From positions 1 through 32,621 of IMG/VR virus record IMGVR_UViG_3300032272_000049: a stretch of 32,621 nt of DNA. One strand, given 5' to 3'. The notes beneath the pieces are model-generated. The model saw only the letters and a program-made list of their open reading frames with translations, made no database searches and had not been told where the DNA came from. Source of the DNA: a virus (taxonomy: Duplodnaviria; Caudoviricetes). Positions 1-7,377 of the stretch are shown piece by piece. The translations under genes were made by a program, and so were the position numbers. The stretch's first letter is position 1; each line of letters starts with the position of its first letter.

Positions 1-84
1 GAAGCTTTCCGTGTGTGGTAGGTACGCTTGCTTTTGCAGCCACAATATATGACGCTCAACCGCCCCTTTTGATATGTCAGTCAT
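1..84 (-). CDS. 5' part of a hypothetical protein running off the left edge (MTDISKGAVERHILWLQKQAYLPHTESF...)
   Basis: ATG at 84 preceded by AAGGAAAG RBS and the leftward promoter; open to the window edge; not in the ORF track. Confidence 0.65.
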   Translation of the reverse strand, partial: MTDISKGAVERHILWLQKQAYLPHTESF

Positions 85-111
85 AACGTCTCTTTCCTTA
101 AGTTCTACCCG

Positions 112-140
112 ACCATAAAATAGGCTTGGTACTATGTCAA
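112..140 (-). promoter_or_regulatory. Leftward sigma70-type promoter TTGACA-17-TATGGT
   Basis: Consensus -35, 17-nt spacer, near-consensus -10, upstream of RBS and ATG at 84. Confidence 0.7.
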
Positions 141-174
141 CGTATATTATTGTATTTTCTGGTATATAATTTAG

Positions 175-202
175 TTGACAGGGCTTTTATAATCCCTATA
201 CT
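175..202 (+). promoter_or_regulatory. Rightward sigma70-type promoter TTGACA-16-TATACT with imperfect palindrome AGGG-N10-CCCT across the spacer
   Basis: Consensus -35, near-consensus -10, AT-rich upstream tract, followed by RBS GAAAGGGA and ATG at 226. Confidence 0.7.
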
Positions 203-225
203 GACGATAACGAAAGGGAAACAAC

Positions 226-522
226 ATGTTTAAACTACCAACAGATTTATACTTGGTCTTATCGCCTGAATACCTAAGCGAAATTCGCGGGGTATCTAAA
301 AGTGACGCCATTGACCAGATGCTATCACACGGGCAAGACGGCGAGCCGTTCCGCGTTTTTTACATTACAATGGACGCCGGGACAAACCTGCCGGAAACCA
401 CAACCGATGTCACCGAAGATATGGTGCGTGCATTAATGGACGGTTATTTCTTTGCATCTGACATCCCGCAATGGCTGGGTGATCTGGATGAGTGCTATTT
501 AAACGAATTGAAAGTTTTGTAA
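226..522 (+). CDS. Small acidic hypothetical protein, first gene of the early arm
   Basis: 98 aa ORF with strong RBS; 18 D/E versus 6 K/R by manual count. Confidence 0.8.
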   Translation: MFKLPTDLYLVLSPEYLSEIRGVSKSDAIDQMLSHGQDGEPFRVFYITMDAGTNLPETTTDVTEDMVRALMDGYFFASDIPQWLGDLDECYLNELKVL

Positions 523-544
523 CGAGTGAATGCGTAGCGATTAC

Positions 545-574
545 CGCGGCGGGCAACTGTCAATGTCTGCCGCG
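545..574 (+). other. Intergenic GC-rich RNA hairpin (11-bp stem, two G-U pairs, no U-tract)
   Basis: CGCGGCGGGCA-ACTGTCAA-TGTCTGCCGCG just upstream of the RBS for 599. Confidence 0.5.
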
Positions 575-598
575 CAACTTAACGAAAGGGAATACAAA

Positions 599-985
599 AT
601 GGATACGAAAGACATACCCGCAAAGCTGATTGCCTTGCACACAGCCATGAATGACAAAATGGAAACGCAGTGTCTAGAACCTGATTGCTTTATTTATCCA
701 GAATCTAACAAGCCATTTCTTATAAAAGTATGGGGCGAAAACGTGCGCTCTGGAACGTTCACGGCAAAGGCCATATCTCTTGAAGAATGTTTTGATTTGG
801 CCGACGCCCATATTGCCGGATTACCGTCTGTGGAATCCATAAGAACAGCTGAATTTCAACGCGACCTTGGCAGGCTTATCGAAAAGGGGCGTGAATACAG
901 CATTCCGCTTGATTTCGTAAACCCGCTTATCGCTACATCAAAAGCACTGGCTGAAAACGCCATTGAAGATAAGAGGGAAGCATGA
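599..985 (+). CDS. Hypothetical phage protein
   Basis: Track ORF 530..985; start moved to ATG 599 behind GAAAGGGA RBS. Confidence 0.75.
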   Translation: MDTKDIPAKLIALHTAMNDKMETQCLEPDCFIYPESNKPFLIKVWGENVRSGTFTAKAISLEECFDLADAHIAGLPSVESIRTAEFQRDLGRLIEKGREYSIPLDFVNPLIATSKALAENAIEDKREA

Positions 986-1080
986 CCCATCTTGAACTAT
1001 ACGCCGCTGCAACTTTCACAGTGTTTATCATCGTCTGCTTTACTGCGGTAATCGGGCCTTATTTAGAGGGAAGAGAATGA
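982..1080 (+). CDS. 32-aa single-pass membrane peptide (MTHLELYAAATFTVFIIVCFTAVIGPYLEGRE)
   Basis: ATGA overlaps at both ends, AGAGGG RBS, hydrophobic core; below the ORF-track cutoff. Confidence 0.6.
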   Translation: MTHLELYAAATFTVFIIVCFTAVIGPYLEGRE

Positions 1081-1502
1081 AACATACAAAAGGGCCTTGG
1101 GAATGGGGCGGGACGCCCGATGATTTGCGACTGCAAACGGTCAATCATGGCAAACAATTTGTAATAACATTTGCAAAAAATGGGCCAAGGTTTCAGACCG
1201 ATGAGCGAATGATAGATGCCACAAACCTTCTAAAATTTGAAGTGGGAAACCCCGATGTTGTTGGGCACAGAATGGCACGAAAAGCGCGGTCTGTATATCG
1301 CTATGATGTATCAGGAATAGACCACCCAGACGCCCACCTAATAGCAGCCGCGCCTTGTATGAAATACGCACTTGAATTGTACGATATTTACGAAGCCATG
1401 CCAGCTGACAGGGGCGGCAAAAACGGCCCCAAGGGTAAAGCATACGCGGCGTTTATCAAAGCAAAAGATGAGGCAACCGCCAAAGCGGAGGGCAAATCAT
1501 GA
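1077..1502 (+). CDS. Conserved phage hypothetical protein (HTxGPW...DAxLIAAAP family)
   Basis: N-terminal KHTKGPW and internal DAHLIAAAP motifs common in phage early genes. Confidence 0.8.
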   Translation: MKHTKGPWEWGGTPDDLRLQTVNHGKQFVITFAKNGPRFQTDERMIDATNLLKFEVGNPDVVGHRMARKARSVYRYDVSGIDHPDAHLIAAAPCMKYALELYDIYEAMPADRGGKNGPKGKAYAAFIKAKDEATAKAEGKS

Positions 1503-1855
1503 CCAACACCAAATGCCCTGATTTAAACCTACTGTATTCAAAGTGCGATCTAGGCAACGACTGCACTTGTTACGTGGACGTTCCAAACCATGTTGCAGCG
1601 TCTAAACCGAAAGGACAGACAATGACCGATAAAAGCATGTTTAAGGTTGACGAAACTTACGAAACCCTTGGGGGTGAGTATGTAGAAATTGTCGGCATCC
1701 ACGGTGCGGGGACAGACCATGAAACCGTATTCAGCATTAGTCCCGGCGGGAGAGAAGTGAACCGATATAACCGCCGTGACTATGGGCGCGTTACTGGGAC
1801 AGACCATGAAAGCCCAGACCCAAGAAACTTGAAAATAATCGAGGTAAAGCCATGA
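1499..1855 (+). CDS. Hypothetical protein (alternative start ATG 1622)
   Basis: ATGA-coupled ORF; internal GAAAGGA RBS before ATG 1622. Confidence 0.7.
   Translation: MTNTKCPDLNLLYSKCDLGNDCTCYVDVPNHVAASKPKGQTMTDKSMFKVDETYETLGGEYVEIVGIHGAGTDHETVFSISPGGREVNRYNRRDYGRVTGTDHESPDPRNLKIIEVKP
1709..1811 (+). repeat. 16-nt exact direct repeat GGGACAGACCATGAAA (1709-1724, 1796-1811), encoding GTDHE twice
   Basis: Read directly from the sequence. Confidence 0.85.
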
Positions 1856-2022
1856 CCGATACAAAACAAAGCTGCGAAAACTGCTTGCACCACAGAGGAG
1901 GCACCCGCCCAATTTGCGAGATTCCCCTGCCTTGGTGGGCAGAACCCCATGAAAGGCCCGCCGTATATAATTCAGAGGGTACAGATTGCGAAAGCTGGAT
2001 GGATAGGAATAACCCGAAATGA
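1852..2022 (+). CDS. 56-aa Cys-rich, putative metal-binding protein (CxxC...C...C)
   Basis: MTDTKQSCENCLHHRGGTRPICEIP...TDCESWMDRNNPK; GAGG RBS; ATGA overlaps on both sides; not in the track. Confidence 0.7.
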   Translation: MTDTKQSCENCLHHRGGTRPICEIPLPWWAEPHERPAVYNSEGTDCESWMDRNNPK

Positions 2023-2546
2023 CCGATACAACAGAGTTAAAGCCGTGGAGTGAGCGCTCTGGGCGGACATGGAAACACGGCCACGCTAGCAGTTATCTGG
2101 GCGAAACTCCTGAATATAGATCGTGGGCGGCTATGCGCGCTAGATGTAAGTACATCGATCGCGACAAGGACAATAAGCATGTAGGGCGGGGGATTACCGT
2201 TTGCAAGAAATGGCAAGAAAGCTTTGAAGTGTTCCTTGCCGATATGGGACCCAGGCCAAATGGAATGACTCTTGATCGTACCGATAATGATGGGAATTAC
2301 GAACCAAACAATTGTCGATGGGCAACGCCAGTAGAGCAAGCGCGCAATCGCAGGAATGCTAAAATGACATTTGATCGAGCTGTAGACGTGGCTGTTAGAT
2401 ACCTGTCTGGCGAAACAGCAAAGGCGCTATCTATTGAGTTTAAGTGTTCTGAAAGCTTGCCGCGCGAAATAGCAAAGGGAAGGACGTGGAAGGATGCCCA
2501 CAAGGTAGCCTTAAGTCAGATGGGAGGTAATCATGGAAAATCTTAA
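2019..2546 (+). CDS. HNH-type homing endonuclease with C-terminal HTH-like DNA-binding region
   Basis: YRSWAAMRARC, GRGITVCKKW, TLDRTDNDGNYEPNNCRWAT..QARNRR motifs. Confidence 0.88.
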   Translation: MTDTTELKPWSERSGRTWKHGHASSYLGETPEYRSWAAMRARCKYIDRDKDNKHVGRGITVCKKWQESFEVFLADMGPRPNGMTLDRTDNDGNYEPNNCRWATPVEQARNRRNAKMTFDRAVDVAVRYLSGETAKALSIEFKCSESLPREIAKGRTWKDAHKVALSQMGGNHGKS

Positions 2547-3081
2547 GTGCTGCCCCTTTTGCGGGGGTGAATTAGATTTATGCGTGAATGACAGTGGCGC
2601 GCGGTACGTGTCACACCCTAAAGCGGAATGTATTTTGTCACGCAAGATATTTCGTGGCCACAACGCCGTTGCGCTACTTAACGCTAGACCAGCCACCCCC
2701 AACGAGGCCGAACTGGTGGAGATTGGCGCAATGGCACTAAAACCCTATGAGCCAATATATTATAAAGCATGGGCGATGGAAGTTGTAAAAGCCCTACGTC
2801 CTTTCCTGAATGCCGACAAGCGGATGAAGGTCAAGCCGTACGAACACGTTTATTTCGAAACAGACTATGACATTATAGGGGCCAGACCTGACGATTTAAG
2901 CCCGATAACAGACTACTGTCTAGACCAAAAGCCAATTGGAACGGTTGTTGAACTAGGGACACTGATTGAAGGGCCAAAGATATATGTTGCGGTCATCCCA
3001 GATGGCGAAGGCGGTGATAAGGTTGGAACCTTTCCAACCCACGAGGCCGCAATTAAAGCAGCATTGGGGGCCATCAAATGA
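2533..3081 (+). CDS. Lar-like (restriction alleviation family) zinc-ribbon N-terminus fused to other modules
   Basis: LKCCPFCGG N-terminus, HP..EC, NAR motif; GGAGG RBS. Confidence 0.6.
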   Translation: MENLKCCPFCGGELDLCVNDSGARYVSHPKAECILSRKIFRGHNAVALLNARPATPNEAELVEIGAMALKPYEPIYYKAWAMEVVKALRPFLNADKRMKVKPYEHVYFETDYDIIGARPDDLSPITDYCLDQKPIGTVVELGTLIEGPKIYVAVIPDGEGGDKVGTFPTHEAAIKAALGAIK

Positions 3082-3317
3082 CCCGCGCTAACCTCATCAA
3101 AACCGCAGCCGATGCGATAACCGGGCAAGGTTCAGATCCGCAACACCTGGCAACGCTGGCCGTTGACGCAATCCTAGCCGAACTGCCCAAGCCAAACGGC
3201 TTTTGGAAAGTAACGCATAATGACGATCCACCCCTGCCTGACGACGTAGAGAAATACCTGCGAGAGACGATGGGTGCCGAAGAAGTCTGGGAAACAAAGA
3301 ACGGAGACGGAAAATGA
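3078..3317 (+). CDS. Hypothetical protein
   Basis: ATGA-coupled ORF in the operon. Confidence 0.7.
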   Translation: MTRANLIKTAADAITGQGSDPQHLATLAVDAILAELPKPNGFWKVTHNDDPPLPDDVEKYLRETMGAEEVWETKNGDGK

Positions 3318-3802
3318 CCGATAAAACCAAAGGTGCGATGGTGCCGACGAACGACCACATTAATGAGGCTATAAGGTTAATGAAAATGGGTGCTTCGATA
3401 CGTCTTAGCGGCATACCAAATGACCCGTCATTTTTATCAAGCAATTTTGGCCGTGATATATCTGCGGAAATAGCAAATCGCCTAACTTGTGCGGCAGAAC
3501 TCGAAGCGACCAAAACCGACCAGCCCGCAGCCCTTGCCTCGCGGGTGAAGGTCAAGCCGCTGGTTTGGTCAGAAAAAACTGAATATGAGGAGCGTAGACC
3601 ATATTTAGCTAAGGGTTGGAGCATCGAAAGTAGAACAGTCGTTGGGCGTTATGTTATTGACTATTTTGATAACACAAAAACTTATTTGGTTCGGTGCGGG
3701 TCAAAAGTTATTGCAAAAGACGTTGGTTCCGAAAAAGCCTCCAAAGCCGCAGCCCAAGCCTACCACGACAAGCTTGTGTTGACACAGGTTAGGATAGGAT
3801 GA
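3314..3802 (+). CDS. Modular hypothetical protein with VKVKPLxW...AKAAAQA module
   Basis: GGAG RBS, ATGA coupling; the module is common in alphaproteobacterial phage accessory genes. Confidence 0.75.
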   Translation: MTDKTKGAMVPTNDHINEAIRLMKMGASIRLSGIPNDPSFLSSNFGRDISAEIANRLTCAAELEATKTDQPAALASRVKVKPLVWSEKTEYEERRPYLAKGWSIESRTVVGRYVIDYFDNTKTYLVRCGSKVIAKDVGSEKASKAAAQAYHDKLVLTQVRIG

Positions 3803-4002
3803 TGAGGCACCCGTTTAAAGAGTTCCATGAGGATGCAGAGATCGGCAATCTAATGTGGCGGATAAGACGCCGCAATGAGCGTCTTGCCGACAGTCAAGAC
3901 GGGGTAGAAAGCCTCGAAATCGAACGCCAACTTGCAAGCGATAAAAAAGAGTTGGTGAAGTTACAAATCGCTTACGAAGGGTCCACCCCCACATCCCAAT
4001 AG
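3799..4002 (+). CDS. Small coiled-coil hypothetical protein
   Basis: ATGA overlap, AGGA RBS. Confidence 0.65.
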   Translation: MMRHPFKEFHEDAEIGNLMWRIRRRNERLADSQDGVESLEIERQLASDKKELVKLQIAYEGSTPTSQ

Positions 4003-4013
4003 AGGATAAGAAT

Positions 4014-4084
4014 TTGATGCGCGATTCCTCCCTTTTGTCGCATCAATAGGCCCGGCGATTTTATTTCCCTTTTATCGCTGGGCC
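4014..4084 (+). ncRNA. Putative two-hairpin RNA with pyrimidine-rich anti-SD loops (cuckoo/alpha-r14-like)
   Basis: TTGATGCG..TTCCTCCC..CGCATCAA followed by GGCCCGGCGAT..TTTCCCTTT..ATCGCTGGGCC in an intergenic gap. Confidence 0.45.
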
Positions 4085-4187
4085 GAATTTAAGGCTTGCG
4101 AAGAAACTAAATTAACTGTAGGGTGTGGGGGAGCGGCGCGACAACGCCCTCGACCCCTGATTAGCCAAACGAAAGGAAAAATGGCCA

Positions 4188-4943
4188 ATGGAACAAAAAC
4201 TACACAAAAACGCGGAAAGTGGCAATACTGAATTAAACACAATAGTGTCTGTCGACCCAATGCTGGCAATGATTGAGCGGGTGGCAATGCACCCAGACGC
4301 CGACATCGACAAAATGGAACGGCTTCTACAAATGCGGCTTGACATGGAAGATAGGACGGCAGAACGGGCCTTCAATAAGGCTATAGTTGCGGCACAACTT
4401 GAAATGCCAAAGATTGGAAAGAATGCACGAAACAACCAGACAAATTCGGATTACGAAACGCTTGACGACCTAATTGACCAAATCAAACCCATCTACGGAA
4501 AGCATGGGTTTGCACCCTCATTTGGAACGTTTATTGCCACACAAGACGGGTACGATGGAATAACCTGCATTCTCTCACATGAGGACGGCCACAGTCGGGA
4601 ATACAAATCTGAAATACCCCGTTCTGGCCTTGGCATAAAAGGCAACCGTATGATGACAGAGACGCATGGATTTGGGTCGACATCAACCTATGGGCGTAGA
4701 TACATGCACAAGATGATTTGGAACCTATCAACGGGTGAAGATAATGACGGCAATCAGCAATATGCATTGATAAGTGCTGACCAGTTCATTGAATTGCGGA
4801 ATCTGATTGAAAAGTCTGGAACGCCTGTAACCACAGTTTTGAAGGCATACGGCGCGGATACATTGGAGCAATTTCCTTTGAGCAAGTTGGAAAGCGCAAT
4901 GAAACGCCTGAACTTAACAATCAAAGAAAAGGGTGCAAAATAA
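4188..4943 (+). CDS. erf: ERF-family single-strand annealing protein
   Basis: GSTSTYGRRY...EDNDG ERF signature, YETLDD motif, next to an exonuclease. Confidence 0.9.
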   Translation: MEQKLHKNAESGNTELNTIVSVDPMLAMIERVAMHPDADIDKMERLLQMRLDMEDRTAERAFNKAIVAAQLEMPKIGKNARNNQTNSDYETLDDLIDQIKPIYGKHGFAPSFGTFIATQDGYDGITCILSHEDGHSREYKSEIPRSGLGIKGNRMMTETHGFGSTSTYGRRYMHKMIWNLSTGEDNDGNQQYALISADQFIELRNLIEKSGTPVTTVLKAYGADTLEQFPLSKLESAMKRLNLTIKEKGAK

Positions 4944-5563
4944 TGGAACAGGGAACAGAAGAATGGTTCGCCGCCCGCGCGGGTAAGGTAACGGCGTCTA
5001 AGATTTCAGACGTTTTGATGAAACCAACAACGGCAGGGTTTCAAAATTACCTTGCACAGCTTGTTTGCGAGCGTCTGACAGGAAAGGTTGCCGAAACCTT
5101 CACAAGTGCCGCCATGCAGCACGGAACGGACACAGAGCCACAAGCCAGAGCGTTCTATGAGTTGGTTTCAGGTGTATCTATTGATGAAGTTGGATTTATT
5201 GACCACCCGTCAATTGAATGGACAGGCGCAAGCCCCGATGGGTTAATCGGTGACGATGGGTTGATAGAGATTAAATGCCCACAACAACCAAAGCACATCA
5301 ATAACCTGTTGGGCGGTAAAATTGACCGTGGATACAGCTTGCAAATGCAGTGGCAAATGGCCTGCACAGGTCGGGTTTGGTGCGACTTTGTTTCATTCAA
5401 TCCGACATTCCCTGACGAAATGCAATTACATATCCAGCGCGTGCACCGTGACTCTGCGGGAATTGTAGAAATCGAAACGGCCGTGTCTGCGTTCCTTGCG
5501 GAAATTGAAACGGCCAAAGCGGAACTAACAAAAAAATACAGCCAAGAAGGCAAAGCGGCATGA
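4943..5563 (+). CDS. YqaJ/lambda-exonuclease family nuclease
   Basis: QGTEEWFAARAGKVTAS, GASPDGL, IEIKCP, QMQWQM motifs. Confidence 0.93.
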   Translation: MEQGTEEWFAARAGKVTASKISDVLMKPTTAGFQNYLAQLVCERLTGKVAETFTSAAMQHGTDTEPQARAFYELVSGVSIDEVGFIDHPSIEWTGASPDGLIGDDGLIEIKCPQQPKHINNLLGGKIDRGYSLQMQWQMACTGRVWCDFVSFNPTFPDEMQLHIQRVHRDSAGIVEIETAVSAFLAEIETAKAELTKKYSQEGKAA

Positions 5564-5847
5564 GCCGCCCCTGCAAACCAGTCCGCTACGGGGACGAAGA
5601 CTTTCCAAGCCTGAAAGCCCTTGCCGCGCATTGCGGCGTGACCGCGCCATCAATTTATTTGGGAATAACGCGGGGTACTTGGCGGGGTAAAAAGGTATAC
5701 TACACCGAAGCATCGAAAAACGCACAGGTTAACCGTCTATATGTAGATCAATCTCTATTTAAATGGTTAACCGACAACGCACCCGATGGTTGCAGTGCTA
5801 ATGATTTAGCGGCCTCAATTTTAACCGATGCAAAGAACTCTGCATAA
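5560..5847 (+). CDS. Small putative DNA-binding protein (NUMOD1/HTH-like N-terminus)
   Basis: FPSLKALAAHCGVTAPSI motif. Confidence 0.6.
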   Translation: MSRPCKPVRYGDEDFPSLKALAAHCGVTAPSIYLGITRGTWRGKKVYYTEASKNAQVNRLYVDQSLFKWLTDNAPDGCSANDLAASILTDAKNSA

Positions 5848-5864
5848 CCAACAAGGGAAATGAT

Positions 5865-6035
5865 ATGTCAGAACTGATATTAAAAGGTCGTGCAATCACC
5901 GTCGCAGCACACGCTTTCGGTGTTTACCTTGGCGAAATCTCAAAGGGTTTTGCTTGGGGATTAGGGTTCTTAGCTGGCATAACAGTTTGGGCACACATTT
6001 CGGTATATTTTGGGCTTCTGCCCTTTTCACAATAA
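5865..6035 (+). CDS. 56-aa Gly-rich membrane protein
   Basis: MSELILKG...GFAWGLGFLAGITVWAHISVYFGLLPFSQ; AAGGG RBS; fills the gap; not in the track. Confidence 0.65.
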   Translation: MSELILKGRAITVAAHAFGVYLGEISKGFAWGLGFLAGITVWAHISVYFGLLPFSQ

Positions 6036-6044
6036 GGAAACACA

Positions 6045-6290
6045 ATGAACGATTCAACATACAGGGCAACAAGTGCCGAAATACGGCAATTCATCGAACG
6101 GGCAGAACGTCTTGACGCTGAAAAGGCTGATATTGCAGACCAGCGCAAGGAAGTCATGGCCGAAGCCAAATCGCGCGGATATGACGTAAAAGTTTTGAAC
6201 AAGCTGATAGCCATGCGCAAGAAAGACCCGCAGGAAATTTCAGAAGAAGAGGCTATTTTGGAACTCTACCGCGAAGCCTTGGGGATGTAA
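6045..6290 (+). CDS. gapR: GapR/DUF2312 nucleoid-associated DNA-binding protein homolog
   Basis: EIRQFIERAERLDAEKADIADQRKEVMAEAKSRGYDVK...EEEAILELYREALGM. Confidence 0.92.
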   Translation: MNDSTYRATSAEIRQFIERAERLDAEKADIADQRKEVMAEAKSRGYDVKVLNKLIAMRKKDPQEISEEEAILELYREALGM

Positions 6291-6814
6291 TGACCGCACC
6301 TGAGCGCATAACCATAGAACATAAGGGGCGGGGGAAAACTACATTCTCCGCCGCTGGCGCACTTGATACAAACGAGCATTTCCGCGTGGATTATGTGCGC
6401 AAGGACATTGCAGACAGATCCGACAAGGAACACGGCAGGGCATTTGCTGAAATAAACAATCTATTCCAAACCCTGCCCGAAAGCCTGTCCGAAATGCCGT
6501 TTGCAAAGTCAGCCGATGCGCTACGCAAACACGCGCTTATCAAAACGGAATACTGCAACAATGATGTGATTGTATTCGAAACCCATGAACAGGCACTCTC
6601 ACAAGCCCCTGAGGTTGCCCGTAGAGCGCGGCGGGATCATGGTTATGCCATTGTTAGCGTAAGCGGACCCTGCATAGCTTGTATCACGCCTCACAGCCAA
6701 TCAAAGGCGGCGATGGGGCATAAGCATTTTCATGCAAGCGTAACTGCCGTGGAAAACTGGATAAAACAACTATTGGAGAATGACGATATGTTAAACTTAG
6801 CGGGAACGGGATAA
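6290..6814 (+). CDS. NinB/DUF1367-like recombination accessory protein with an added N-terminal module
   Basis: RS..H...FA.I, LRKHALIK, SQS..AM..F motifs; recombination-cluster position. Confidence 0.55.
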   Translation: MTAPERITIEHKGRGKTTFSAAGALDTNEHFRVDYVRKDIADRSDKEHGRAFAEINNLFQTLPESLSEMPFAKSADALRKHALIKTEYCNNDVIVFETHEQALSQAPEVARRARRDHGYAIVSVSGPCIACITPHSQSKAAMGHKHFHASVTAVENWIKQLLENDDMLNLAGTG

Positions 6815-6991
6815 ATGGAATATTTAGAAACGCACAGACTGCGCAAGTTGGTAAAATTACTTGAGCCATTGCCCGCAACCGAAAGGGAAGGCGGCGATGA
6901 TTGCAGTGTTTACCTTGTGGCGATTGGCAAAGACGAAACCGCCAAGATTGTAATGCACAAAGACGCGGTGAAGGCTTTGGAAAAAGAATGA
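6815..6991 (+). CDS. 58-aa hypothetical protein (MEYLETHRLRK...KALEKE)
   Basis: Starts right after the upstream TAA and ends in an ATGA overlap with the next gene; not in the track. Confidence 0.65.
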   Translation: MEYLETHRLRKLVKLLEPLPATEREGGDDCSVYLVAIGKDETAKIVMHKDAVKALEKE

Positions 6992-7377
6992 CCGAAGTAA
7001 CGACGAATTTCAAGTCAGGCAAAGGCGGCAAGAAAAAGCCAGCCACCCGCGCGGAACGTATGCACCTGAATGCCGTTGGCCAATTGCGTTGTGTTATCAC
7101 TGGCCGCTATCACCCGATCCGGCATCATTGCTTTTGCGATCGAATAGAACGCTATGCAGGACGGAAAGCACCGCACTTTGATGTTATCCCGCTATGGCAG
7201 GGCATCCATCAAGGTTTGATAGGCCACGATGATATAGCAATCCACCAAAACAAGGCCATGTGGATAGAGCTGCACGGCAAAGATTGGGAATATATCCCCG
7301 CTGTCTATGCTGAAATATACGGAAACCCCGATATAACGCATGAAGAAATAGAACAATATTGGAAGGAAAGAACCTAA
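6988..7377 (+). CDS. Ref-like / DUF968-like HNH nuclease
   Basis: AERMHLNAVGQLRC, IRHH, GRKAP..DVIPL...HQG, IH..K..W...HG pattern; start moved to ATG 6988. Confidence 0.7.
   Translation: MTEVTTNFKSGKGGKKKPATRAERMHLNAVGQLRCVITGRYHPIRHHCFCDRIERYAGRKAPHFDVIPLWQGIHQGLIGHDDIAIHQNKAMWIELHGKDWEYIPAVYAEIYGNPDITHEEIEQYWKERT

Noticed and set aside
545-574. Hairpin as intrinsic terminator
   Set aside because: No U-tract on either side; more likely a stability/processing element
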